In this document: positions 47,479 through 57,178 of the stretch, in pieces
Numbering within the stretch: position 1 is the first letter of the stretch
How the letters are laid out: each line of letters opens with the position of its first letter
Source: a virus
DNA: 64,000 nt
Strand: one strand, 5' to 3'
Virus record (IMG/VR): IMGVR_UViG_3300027762_000001
Position numbers and translations under genes: made by a program
The notes under the pieces: generated by a model
Seen by the model: only the letters and a program-made list of their open reading frames with translations
Databases searched by the model: none
What the model was told of the DNA's origin: nothing

Positions 47479-49233
47479 CTACACCTCCACTTCAGAGAAT
47501 AATACCTTATTTAAAACTGGATACTGTAAATTTGTCACAGCTATAACTGTACCATCTCTTTGTTCAATTATTGCATCTGATGGGTTAACTGGAATATAAA
47601 AGCTTACAAGTGGAACAGAAATATATTCTATAAAAGTGTTAACATCTTCGTTCCTATATAGCTCGCCTATTAAATCTGACTCTTCTACTGAGCTTCCAAG
47701 TTGTAAGTTTTTAAAATAATCTCCAAGTACATTTTGAAGCTGTATAGACTTCGTATCATCTAAAGAGAACCCATCTTTTAATTTTATTCTCATGGCAACA
47801 TTTATAAAGATAGGCTCTGTTTCTTTAAATAAAATGTCAGTTGTAATAACCCTATTTTCTTCTAAATCAAATTCATCTACTAAATTTTTAATAGTTTCAT
47901 TTATACTATATCCAATAGTTATAGAAGTTCCGTTTCTTATCTCGTCCGTTATAAATTTTATTGTTACAATTTCTTGAGATGATTCATAATATGCATCATC
48001 TTCTGACTCTATTAAAGTTCCGTCTATTTTTCTTCTTTCAATTACATAATATGAGTCATTATTATGTGTCACTGAGTTATCATCTGTTTCGTATATCGAG
48101 AATATTCCTTTAAATAAAGTGTCAGCCTCAAATGAAGATAGCCCAACACTAAAACTTTCAGTGTAAGGATTTAATTCATTATCCTCATAATAAACTTCTA
48201 TAGTATTTAAGATGCTACTGTCATAAGATTGCTCACCAGTATTATCTATTAATACAACTAAATCATCATCTTCATCAATAACAGTAAAGATAACTGGTGC
48301 GCCATCATTAGTTACATTTATAGAATCTAAATCAACTTCACTATATTTTTTCTCTAAGACTAATCTACCCGAATTTATTGTAAGATCCTTATAAGAAGTA
48401 GAAGATATTCCACCTTTTATATATATGTCTACTTTTCCACCTATATGTATCTCTTCTTCGGATAAATCATCTTTTATTATTGTGTATAAATCTCTTGTCA
48501 TTTCTTCATCGCCATAACCTACTATGTGCAAATCTTCTACCTCATTAAATTCTGAGAATATAAATTGTCTATATCCTGGCTTTGTTCCTAAGTGTCTTGA
48601 TATATAATATTCCTTTATTCTGTCTGCATATGATACATTGCTCTCTTTGTCTGTTGCATTAGTTATCGCACTTTTATTTGTAACTAATGGAGTATATGAA
48701 CCGAAGTTAGTTTCAACTACAGTTATTTGACTCTCTGATACATTATAAATTTCTCCAATTCCATTTGATACAACTAAAACATCAACATCATAAGTCATTT
48801 TGTTAACATTATATTTAGATAGCATTTCCTCATATGTGAATTCATAGCTTTCCTGAGTACTATAAAATAATCCTGACTCAGTTCTAAATGTTGCTCCCTC
48901 AGGAATTGTAAGGGTAGTATTTGGTATTGTTAAAAATGATAATGTAACATATGTAGATGCATATGTTCCTTGCTTTCTTTGTATTAAATAATTTCCCATA
49001 CCTATTTCGTCTAATTCATCTTCGCTCATATAATATGCATTATCAAGATTTAACATAAACTCCATACTGTTTACTGTATCTATAATAGGGCTTATTATTT
49101 CTTGCAGTGGCTTTACAAATATATCGTCAAATACTGAATTTTCAGATACATCAAGGTCTGGAAACTGTTCTTGCATTTTTGTTACAATATAACTTCTTAT
49201 TAAATTATTAAAATTAGTAATATTAATAGCCAT
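47479..49233 (-). CDS. Baseplate J-like protein
   Basis: ELDEIG, RKQGTYAS, IPEGATFRT, GEIYNV, ESNVSYADRI. Confidence 0.8.
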   Translation of the reverse strand: MAINITNFNNLIRSYIVTKMQEQFPDLDVSENSVFDDIFVKPLQEIISPIIDTVNSMEFMLNLDNAYYMSEDELDEIGMGNYLIQRKQGTYASTYVTLSFLTIPNTTLTIPEGATFRTESGLFYSTQESYEFTYEEMLSKYNVNKMTYDVDVLVVSNGIGEIYNVSESQITVVETNFGSYTPLVTNKSAITNATDKESNVSYADRIKEYYISRHLGTKPGYRQFIFSEFNEVEDLHIVGYGDEEMTRDLYTIIKDDLSEEEIHIGGKVDIYIKGGISSTSYKDLTINSGRLVLEKKYSEVDLDSINVTNDGAPVIFTVIDEDDDLVVLIDNTGEQSYDSSILNTIEVYYEDNELNPYTESFSVGLSSFEADTLFKGIFSIYETDDNSVTHNNDSYYVIERRKIDGTLIESEDDAYYESSQEIVTIKFITDEIRNGTSITIGYSINETIKNLVDEFDLEENRVITTDILFKETEPIFINVAMRIKLKDGFSLDDTKSIQLQNVLGDYFKNLQLGSSVEESDLIGELYRNEDVNTFIEYISVPLVSFYIPVNPSDAIIEQRDGTVIAVTNLQYPVLNKVLFSEVEV

Positions 49234-49245
49234 ATCTTAAACACC

Positions 49246-49971
49246 TCAAATCATAAGATTTAATTGAGATCTACTGCCTTGCTCATTTTGTAATACAACA
49301 CTTATGTATATTGCATTTTCCTCAATATCAAAATCAATACTAGATACTGTTGCTGATTTTAATTTTTCAGATGAAGCTAAGTTTGACTCATTTATATTTG
49401 TTAGTTGAAATTTCTTATATTGCACTTCACAATCTGCAACAGCCTCTATTATATTTGTTTCTATTATCGGCCTATTAGAAATTTCATTTCCTATTATATT
49501 ATTTAATGTTGATCCGTAATCATTAATTCTTTTTGTTAATAGTACTTTTAAAAAGCCTTGTATTAATTTTTCAGAACCCGTAACATTTTCTACTGATGTA
49601 TTGTTGTCATTAAATAGTGAAACATACCATCCAAAACCTGCACATTTAGGACATTCTTCTGGTTGATATTGCTTTGTTTTCCTTAAGGTATTAGTATAGT
49701 TAACTGTAAAAATTTCTCCAGCTAAAGGTGCATTTGAAATCCACTTAATATTAACTTTTTCATAAATATTATAATTTATATGTTTATAATAAATTGTAAT
49801 ATTACCATCAACATCTTCACTATACACAGAGTTAACTCTACTTATTATACCTTCTTCACATATTAAATCTATATCACTGTCACTTTTTGTATAATCCTCT
49901 ATCATAGTGTCGTTAATAATTTCTCTCACAACATGATCACATACATGAACAATTTTAGGGCTTTTAAACAT
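49246..49971 (-). CDS. Baseplate wedge (gp25-like) protein
   Basis: CPKCAGFG, KLIQGFLKVLLT, YGSTL; directly upstream of baseplate J. Confidence 0.6.
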   Translation of the reverse strand: MFKSPKIVHVCDHVVREIINDTMIEDYTKSDSDIDLICEEGIISRVNSVYSEDVDGNITIYYKHINYNIYEKVNIKWISNAPLAGEIFTVNYTNTLRKTKQYQPEECPKCAGFGWYVSLFNDNNTSVENVTGSEKLIQGFLKVLLTKRINDYGSTLNNIIGNEISNRPIIETNIIEAVADCEVQYKKFQLTNINESNLASSEKLKSATVSSIDFDIEENAIYISVVLQNEQGSRSQLNLMI

Positions 49972-49989
49972 TGAATCTTCAACCCCTTT

Positions 49990-50832
49990 CTACGTTAAGT
50001 TATTCTCTAACGCCTTCATAACATCTTTTTTTACTTCACTATACTTTCTCGCTAAAAATATCTCTATAGTTATTTTATCATCAAACTCTTTATAATTTTT
50101 AAAATCTACAAAATCAAATTCTTCATATATGGCGTTTGCAATAATACAAGAATCATTAATTTGGGTTAAACCCTCACTTGATACAACCATATTTTGCATC
50201 TTATTTACTTCTGAACTAACTAATAATTTCATCTTACTTACAAATGAAAAAGACATACTTGTTTCATCTTGAATAATTTTATTTCTCATATTAGAAAAAT
50301 CTTTAAGAAGTGAAGATATTTTCTTTAAAGTATTTTTTCCTTCGTAATAATTAAAATAAAGGGGAATAGTATTTTTGTATTTTAAAAATTCTGAATCCAT
50401 AGTTCCAACCTTATTTTCTTCAAATATTGAAGACAAAGCGTGATACGGCATAGGGGAATCATTTGGTATTTCTGATACTTCAACTTTATCTCTTATCTCA
50501 ATTAATTTTTTAGTTATATCATTTATTATCTCTTGAAGATCTACGATTGATAGAGCATCAAATGTCATTGTCTTTGTGCTATATAAATTATCCGCTAATT
50601 CATTAATATAATTATTTTTATGAATAGTTGTTATGTTATCCATGATAAAATAAATTTTAGTTCTAAGTAGAGATATCTGTGCTAACATTTGAGCATTATA
50701 ATTTTTAACTATTAAATCTAATTTATTTATTCTTTCTCGATTTAATAAATTTATAAAAGTTAGGGCATAAATTATGCATCTGTTTAAATAATCGCTATTA
50801 GGATATTTTTTTATGTAATCTAAATTTATCAC
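49990..50832 (-). CDS. Hypothetical protein
   Basis: 280-aa ORF in the late operon. Confidence 0.6.
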   Translation of the reverse strand: MINLDYIKKYPNSDYLNRCIIYALTFINLLNRERINKLDLIVKNYNAQMLAQISLLRTKIYFIMDNITTIHKNNYINELADNLYSTKTMTFDALSIVDLQEIINDITKKLIEIRDKVEVSEIPNDSPMPYHALSSIFEENKVGTMDSEFLKYKNTIPLYFNYYEGKNTLKKISSLLKDFSNMRNKIIQDETSMSFSFVSKMKLLVSSEVNKMQNMVVSSEGLTQINDSCIIANAIYEEFDFVDFKNYKEFDDKITIEIFLARKYSEVKKDVMKALENNLT

Positions 50833-51698
50833 TATTTTATCCTTTCTTTTAATTTATTCATTATTTTTTTTGCATCATAATAAGTCATACCATTACTTGT
50901 CGCAGCCTGACTTAAATTTTTAGCTGGACGATTTTTAAATTCTCCCAAACCTAGTACATGATATATTAATTTTCTTTCTGGCCTTGTAAAGTTAATCATT
51001 TCTTTTTTTATTCTTTCTTCTTCTTCCATTTTAGCTAACATACTTTCAGGGCTTACTCTGTTTATATTTAAAGTGTCCATTAGTGTAATGGCATCTCCTA
51101 CACCATCTATATTTCCAATAACAGCATCTCCACTATACTCTAATCTCTCATAATCTTTTATTTGTTGCACTTGTTTACTTGTTATTTTTTTATTCATATC
51201 ATTTTTTATAAAACTAACTATCTCATTTACTTTAGGCTCTCTACCATACTCTCTTGTTAGAAAATTAGTAGCAACTGAAACATTTCCCGCTTGTCTTGTT
51301 AACTCTGTAGATTTTCTAACTCCAAAATCCATGTATTCATTTTTTCTTTTTTGAAGCTCTAATGGTAGAGTATTTTTTATAAAAGTTATAGGTTTATTTT
51401 CTTTACTTAAATCAAAGTTTTTCTTTATTATCTTTTTAAACTCAGCAATTCCATGACCCATTGCAGCATCTTGGTCCATTACACTGCCAAGCTGAGCTCT
51501 TTTAACCTCTTGACTGATGACACCTCTATACTCTCTTATGAGTTGCTTCATTGCAAACTTATCATCTCTTTCTTGTATTGCTTTTATAAGCTCCCTCTCT
51601 TTTTTTACTTGAGGGTCCATACTATCAAACTTTGCAAAGGCTATCTTGTCTATCTTCTCTATGAGCTCATTAATATTCAAAGATATCACTCCCACCAA
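50832..51698 (-). CDS. Divergent sigma-70 family factor (SigF/SigG/FliA-like size)
   Basis: ELIKAIQERDDKFAMKQLIREY, NFDLSKENKPITF, YGREPKVNEI, ITLMDTL, FTRPERKLIYHVLGL. Confidence 0.7.
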   Translation of the reverse strand: MVGVISLNINELIEKIDKIAFAKFDSMDPQVKKERELIKAIQERDDKFAMKQLIREYRGVISQEVKRAQLGSVMDQDAAMGHGIAEFKKIIKKNFDLSKENKPITFIKNTLPLELQKRKNEYMDFGVRKSTELTRQAGNVSVATNFLTREYGREPKVNEIVSFIKNDMNKKITSKQVQQIKDYERLEYSGDAVIGNIDGVGDAITLMDTLNINRVSPESMLAKMEEEERIKKEMINFTRPERKLIYHVLGLGEFKNRPAKNLSQAATSNGMTYYDAKKIMNKLKERIK

Positions 51699-52120
51699 TT
51701 ATATTTATCTATAAGTTTATCAATTTCATTTATCTTAATTAAAATATCTTTTTTAATTTTATCATTTTTATTGTCTAAAGCTAACTTCTGAAACATTACA
51801 AATAAATTATAGGCCTCATTATTAATTTCAGTGACTTCTTCGTTATTAATTGATATAGAAATATTTACAATATAAAGCGCTGCATCCTCTGAAACTTTTT
51901 TTAATTTTTTAAAATCTTTATCCTTAATACATTCTTCACATTTTAAAACATAATTAACCATTACTTTTATTCTTTCATTATTACGCACTTCATTTTCCTT
52001 TTCAATCTGCCTTATAGCTTTTACTCTTTCAGTGCCTATAATATCAGTATCAAAGTAAAATTTATTAATAACAAAAAGCAATGAACCAACCAGTAAAACA
52101 ATTACAATTATATCCTTCAT
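51686..52120 (-). CDS. Membrane-anchored hypothetical protein
   Basis: N-terminal TM helix IIVIVLLVGSLLFVI. Confidence 0.6.
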   Translation of the reverse strand: MKDIIVIVLLVGSLLFVINKFYFDTDIIGTERVKAIRQIEKENEVRNNERIKVMVNYVLKCEECIKDKDFKKLKKVSEDAALYIVNISISINNEEVTEINNEAYNLFVMFQKLALDNKNDKIKKDILIKINEIDKLIDKYNWWE

Positions 52121-52122
52121 AA

Positions 52123-53232
52123 TTAACCCCTATAACTAACATTATATCCACCAGTATCTACTTCTATATTTAAAGTTTTAAAATTTAAAGAGCAATTTCC
52201 ATCTACATCTATTGAGGCGGATGCTTTTATAGTATCTGTCTCAATATCTTTTATTTGAAGTCTTAATGCTATATCTTTATCCTGAGAAGATTTTACAAAA
52301 TCATCAGAAGATAAATTAGAAATATCATTGATATTTTCAATATTTTTATTTATAGCATTACCTTTCTCTATTATTATTTTAACACCTTTTTTTGTAATAT
52401 TAAAATCAGCTTTTATATCTGACAAAACTTCACTTATTGCATTTGATAATTCTTCGTCAGTAAGTTCTAAATTATTTATCTTATTTCTGAATTCTAAAAT
52501 TTTATTATCAAAATAATCATTGATTTTATTCGACAATTCTTTTGCCTTATTTAATATATCTAACCTAATTTCTTCATTTATTGTAAGATTACTTCCATCT
52601 ATAGATATAATTTCCGATATATCATATGCTCTCGGAATATTAATTTTGCTATAGTACTCTGAATGGCTCAAAACTTTGATTTCAGACTCTTTTAAGTTCT
52701 TTATTGATTTTATATTGTCACCTATCTTAAAGCCGTTTATAACCCTAGAATTGACTGTCAATTTTTCATCTCCTGTAGAGTAAAAACCATTAACTCCATC
52801 TTTTCTCAAAAATATACAATTATTAGATGAGGATGATAATATATTGTTACCTAATGAGTCTTGTCTTAAATATGAGAAGCCAGAAGACTGAATTGAATTT
52901 TCTCCTTCGACTAATTTTTCACTTATAATAAAAGAATTTTCATCTAGTGGAGGCATCGCTAAAGATCCTACTAAATATGTTTTACCTTTTGATGTTAAAA
53001 GTAATAAACATTTTGAACCTACTCTTGGCATAAAACAAGTTCCATAATTGATTCCTTTTGCAGGAAAGCATATAGATACATTGTCATATCTTGTCGCTGA
53101 TTCTGTAACGAATACACTCACTGTTAATGTCAAAGGATTCACACTTATTATTCGACACTCTAAAATGGAGGGAGGTGAATCTCCATGTACTCTGTTCATA
53201 CTATTATTTATAAGTAAATTAGTTTGATTCAA
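52123..53232 (-). CDS. Baseplate spike/gp5-like protein with N-terminal OB fold
   Basis: CRIISVNP...MPRVGSKCLL. Confidence 0.6.
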   Translation of the reverse strand: MNQTNLLINNSMNRVHGDSPPSILECRIISVNPLTLTVSVFVTESATRYDNVSICFPAKGINYGTCFMPRVGSKCLLLLTSKGKTYLVGSLAMPPLDENSFIISEKLVEGENSIQSSGFSYLRQDSLGNNILSSSSNNCIFLRKDGVNGFYSTGDEKLTVNSRVINGFKIGDNIKSIKNLKESEIKVLSHSEYYSKINIPRAYDISEIISIDGSNLTINEEIRLDILNKAKELSNKINDYFDNKILEFRNKINNLELTDEELSNAISEVLSDIKADFNITKKGVKIIIEKGNAINKNIENINDISNLSSDDFVKSSQDKDIALRLQIKDIETDTIKASASIDVDGNCSLNFKTLNIEVDTGGYNVSYRG

Positions 53233-53235
53233 TTT

Positions 53236-54015
53236 TTATTCCCCCTTCATATAATGCTCAGATATATAAATATCTAAATTTTTCATAGTTTCTTTAATTC
53301 TATTACCTCTCCTCTTTATTGTGTCAGGAGAATTATTATATAACTTATTTAAAGATTCTTGCACTTCATTTAAAGTATAATCTTTTGTAAATAAATTTTT
53401 TGTAGACTTTTGCTCTCCCCCACGAACAAAATCAAATCCCGGATAATTTGTCGGAAACTCATCTTGAGAAGAAGGGTCAACTAAACCAGGCACAAAACTA
53501 CTTCCTAATATATTAACATCTCTTCTTGCAATATAATTAAAATATTTAGTTATTTTATTTCTAAGGTCTGCTGTCCAGTGAGGCTTTATTCCACCTCCGC
53601 CAGATAAATAACCACTATTTGTTGATTCAGGATTAATTAAACCGCTATATACTTGAAGTAATATTTTTCTATTTGGTATTTTAGAATCAAACCCTATTAC
53701 ATTTTTAGAACGTATTGCAGGGAGTAAAAAATTATCTGCTGCTATTTTTGCGTTATGAGTTGGATTTTTAAGTTGTGACTCTGTTCCATATTGACTCCCA
53801 TGTACTCTTATATTAATTTGGAATAACCCTACAGAGTGCTCAGGGTTACTGGTTGAGCCATAAAATACAAGGTTATGATTTCCATTAGACTCACACATCA
53901 TAATAGGCCACCATATCCATATAGGTATTTTTCTGGCACCAAAAACGTTGCTTACACTAGCTAACTTATCTTGTGTCATTAATGTGCTCATATCTCTGGT
54001 GTCATAATATGCCAT
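53236..54015 (-). CDS. Lysozyme-like lytic transglycosylase plus shared C-terminal module
   Basis: MMCESNGN, SVGLFQIN, NPTHNAKIA. Confidence 0.75.
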   Translation of the reverse strand: MAYYDTRDMSTLMTQDKLASVSNVFGARKIPIWIWWPIMMCESNGNHNLVFYGSTSNPEHSVGLFQINIRVHGSQYGTESQLKNPTHNAKIAADNFLLPAIRSKNVIGFDSKIPNRKILLQVYSGLINPESTNSGYLSGGGGIKPHWTADLRNKITKYFNYIARRDVNILGSSFVPGLVDPSSQDEFPTNYPGFDFVRGGEQKSTKNLFTKDYTLNEVQESLNKLYNNSPDTIKRRGNRIKETMKNLDIYISEHYMKGE

Positions 54016-54017
54016 TT

Positions 54018-54776
54018 TTATTCCTCCCTAATGTAATGCTCAGATATAAATAATTCAGATTTTTTTACTATATCTTTTATTTTATTTGACCTATTTTTTA
54101 TTACTTGTGGAGAATTATCATATAGTTCATTTAGTAAGCCTTGTACTTCATTTAAAGTATAGTCTTTTGAAAGTAAAAGTCTTGTTGATTTTTGGTCTCC
54201 ACCTGGGTCAAAATCAAAATTAGCTGTATCTTCATATTCTATATCAGGTATTTCTATATTTGAAGATATGTCACTACTTATTTTATTTCTTCCATTTGAC
54301 TCTTCAATATGCCAATCTTCCCACGACATAGGTTTTATAAGTCCATATTTTGCTAATATTTTATTTGCATTTTCCCAATTTTTTTTATTATTTTTTTCTG
54401 GTCCAGCTAACTCTTTTATCCACATACTACTTATGTCAACCGCACCACCAAAACGATGCCTTGATCCTTCTGGAGAGCCAACCATCCGTTGCCCATTATT
54501 TCCGCCAGCATCATCGTATAGCTTTTTTTGATATGAATAACTTCTATAGCCACTAAAAATATTAATCTTTCCATCGCCTTTATATATAGAATTAGAATGT
54601 TTTCTTCCCGCATAATCTCTTGCTAGGTTAGATAATTTACGAAGTAGAGAAGAGTCAACATTTTCTAAGTCAACAAATGCACCAGCTGGATCTACATATA
54701 TTGTATTTTTATATAAATCTGGGCGAAAAAATATACCTCCCTTCGCCCTTATCATAACTACATTTTTACCTGCCAT
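54018..54776 (-). CDS. M15-family (VanY-like) peptidase plus shared C-terminal module
   Basis: SGYRSYSYQ, SRHRFGGAVDI, EDWHIE. Confidence 0.85.
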   Translation of the reverse strand: MAGKNVVMIRAKGGIFFRPDLYKNTIYVDPAGAFVDLENVDSSLLRKLSNLARDYAGRKHSNSIYKGDGKINIFSGYRSYSYQKKLYDDAGGNNGQRMVGSPEGSRHRFGGAVDISSMWIKELAGPEKNNKKNWENANKILAKYGLIKPMSWEDWHIEESNGRNKISSDISSNIEIPDIEYEDTANFDFDPGGDQKSTRLLLSKDYTLNEVQGLLNELYDNSPQVIKNRSNKIKDIVKKSELFISEHYIREE

Positions 54777-54823
54777 TTTTACATTCCTCTCTTAACGCCC
54801 CTTCATATGGCTACCGTTATTAA

Positions 54824-57166
54824 CTAAAATAGTCCTAGAGGAAGAAAAAATTCTTCTTCTTTCTCTTCGGCCGCTGATGGGTTTAATTCTGTTACAAATT
54901 TATCATATATAGACTTGGCAATTACATGAGTCAGCATACCTTTATATGTTATGTCTGTACGATTTATTATATTTAAAAATTTAATTATAGAATCCTGCGT
55001 CGCCTCACAATACACGCCTATTTCTTTTACATCTTTTTGTTTTAAAGCGCCAAGTTCAATTAGGCGATATTGTGCATACATTATCTCATCATCTTTATCA
55101 CCTAATCCAAATATTTGAGAAAATCTAGATGGAGGAGGCGCATTATAAATATCCATAACCCCTTTAACATTTTCTTCTGGAACTGTTTTTGCAACTTCAT
55201 TTGCAACACTATTTACAACTCCTGCCCCAGAATTCTTTTTATCGTAATTATTACTCCCATAAAAATAATGAAAATATGGACTACTATTAGTCTTTATTAT
55301 AGAGGGATCATCTGACTTATAAAATTCTAAACATTTTTTTCTTATACTTTCAAATTCTTCTGCATTTTTTATTACTTCTCCAAAATCTTCTGATGTTTGA
55401 TGTAAGACATTTACAAACATATTATCATCTACGTTTTGACTTGATGTAGAGTTGAAATTAATTCTATCTCTGCCCATTGATAAATCTAAAGTTGTATATA
55501 CTCCGCCTTGAGGACTCCCTGAGTGAGACACGCTATTAACATAATATATCTTATCTGAACTTACAGGGTCTAGCCAAACATTGAATCCGGGTCTTATCCA
55601 TGGCATTGCTACAGTTGTAACTGGTGCAGTTTCTACCCCTGAATTTAAAAATCCATATAAAAATTTTGCATATTTTTTAAGAATGTTAGTTGCACTATTT
55701 CTGTCAAAGGCAGCAGAGTTAGAGAATTTTATTAGTGGCTGTTGAGTACTGTAAACTGATAAGCCATATTTTCTTTCTTCTTCACTTGGCCTTAAAAGTG
55801 TATCATTATCAATATTATAGTAGTCAGACCACTTTTCTTGACCTGGTGTCTTTGAACCTACTAGTGCTCCAGATGGAACTAGCATTGATTTTTGATAATC
55901 AGTTAAATCCTCCTGATATTCTTCTGCTCCGCCAGTAACAACTACCCTTGTTACTTCATTTCCCCAGTCTGTATTTTCTGCTAAGCTTACTATGAGTAGA
56001 GGATCTATAACATGATCCTTTAAAACCTTCTGATTCCAGAAAGGGGGTTTTATTCTAATTAATCCGTCTCTATCTTGATAAAATTCAAGCATTAAGTTTA
56101 AGGCTATATCATTAATTGCTACATACATGGAATTAACACTTGTATCAGAAGCAGAAACAACAAAATCTACTATTTTTTGCTGAATCAATTCATCACTAAT
56201 ATCACCCATAATTCTAACTCTATCACTAGCGTTATCCCAGTATCCAGCAGTGTTGCCTTCACTATAAATAGCATTTCCGTTTATGGTTCTCTCTAGCATT
56301 GAGCCTATAAATTCTTTTATTGTTTTTCCCCTAAAAGCATTATCAGCTTCACTGCTAACGCCAGCTATTTTACCTATATTAACTCCTTGAGCTAACCACC
56401 TTAATCTGTTTCCACCTGTTAATGTGTCTTGAAACCCAATAGCCAGTGGTACTAACGTTTTATTTAACCATGTCATATAATCAGTAGCAGAAAAACTCAT
56501 AGTGTATCCGTGAGCAGTTCTACTCCTTCTTTTACTTTTTATATTCCCATCAAATACCATTACATATTTACCGTTGAACATATTTTTAATGAATATTCTT
56601 ACATTTGTCATATGTTCAATTCCATCCATAGAAGATAATAACTTTCCATCTTCAGACCTTGTTTCTATCTTATAAAAGTCAGGTAAATAAATCATATCTA
56701 TGTTAGCAGTTCCTATCGAACCATCCTTAGCTATTCTTGTGCTGAATGCAGTTACAAACTGATCGACTCTTATATTATCAAAAAATATTAAATATCCAGC
56801 ATTACCCTCTATCTTTTTTTCTTTTATATTAAAACTTCTAACATAATCATTAGATAGTTTATTTGATGTATTAATAGAAGTTGAACCTGTATCTTTTTTT
56901 GGTGGAGATGCATTGCTTGCAACGTTTAAAGCTTTTTTAAGTTCAGCTTTTGTTTGAGGTCCAACAATACCGTCTGTCGTTATACTTCTACTTTTCTGAA
57001 AATTAATAACTGCAGACCTAGTATTAGAGCCAAAAAAGCCATCGACTCCTTTTGTTGAAAAGTTTAATTTTGTCAAAATTGTTTGTAGCTCTTCTACATT
57101 TTTATTATATTTTTTACCATTTATAGTTTGACTAAGAAGACTTGGCCATGAATCTATATTGTACAT
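54824..57166 (-). CDS. Baseplate hub/tail protein with peptidoglycan-binding domains
   Basis: N-terminal DGFFGSNT...DGIVGPQT; MPWIRPGFNV...YYVNSVSHS hub motif. Confidence 0.75.
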   Translation of the reverse strand: MYNIDSWPSLLSQTINGKKYNKNVEELQTILTKLNFSTKGVDGFFGSNTRSAVINFQKSRSITTDGIVGPQTKAELKKALNVASNASPPKKDTGSTSINTSNKLSNDYVRSFNIKEKKIEGNAGYLIFFDNIRVDQFVTAFSTRIAKDGSIGTANIDMIYLPDFYKIETRSEDGKLLSSMDGIEHMTNVRIFIKNMFNGKYVMVFDGNIKSKRRSRTAHGYTMSFSATDYMTWLNKTLVPLAIGFQDTLTGGNRLRWLAQGVNIGKIAGVSSEADNAFRGKTIKEFIGSMLERTINGNAIYSEGNTAGYWDNASDRVRIMGDISDELIQQKIVDFVVSASDTSVNSMYVAINDIALNLMLEFYQDRDGLIRIKPPFWNQKVLKDHVIDPLLIVSLAENTDWGNEVTRVVVTGGAEEYQEDLTDYQKSMLVPSGALVGSKTPGQEKWSDYYNIDNDTLLRPSEEERKYGLSVYSTQQPLIKFSNSAAFDRNSATNILKKYAKFLYGFLNSGVETAPVTTVAMPWIRPGFNVWLDPVSSDKIYYVNSVSHSGSPQGGVYTTLDLSMGRDRINFNSTSSQNVDDNMFVNVLHQTSEDFGEVIKNAEEFESIRKKCLEFYKSDDPSIIKTNSSPYFHYFYGSNNYDKKNSGAGVVNSVANEVAKTVPEENVKGVMDIYNAPPPSRFSQIFGLGDKDDEIMYAQYRLIELGALKQKDVKEIGVYCEATQDSIIKFLNIINRTDITYKGMLTHVIAKSIYDKFVTELNPSAAEEKEEEFFLPLGLF

Positions 57167-57178
57167 AGTGCACCATCC

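Noticed and set aside
54790-54860. Alternative-frame HMKGR-stop after the hub gene, resembling the HYMKGE ending of the transglycosylase
   Set aside because: The match is very short, may reflect RBS-like sequence, and there is no proper slippery heptamer
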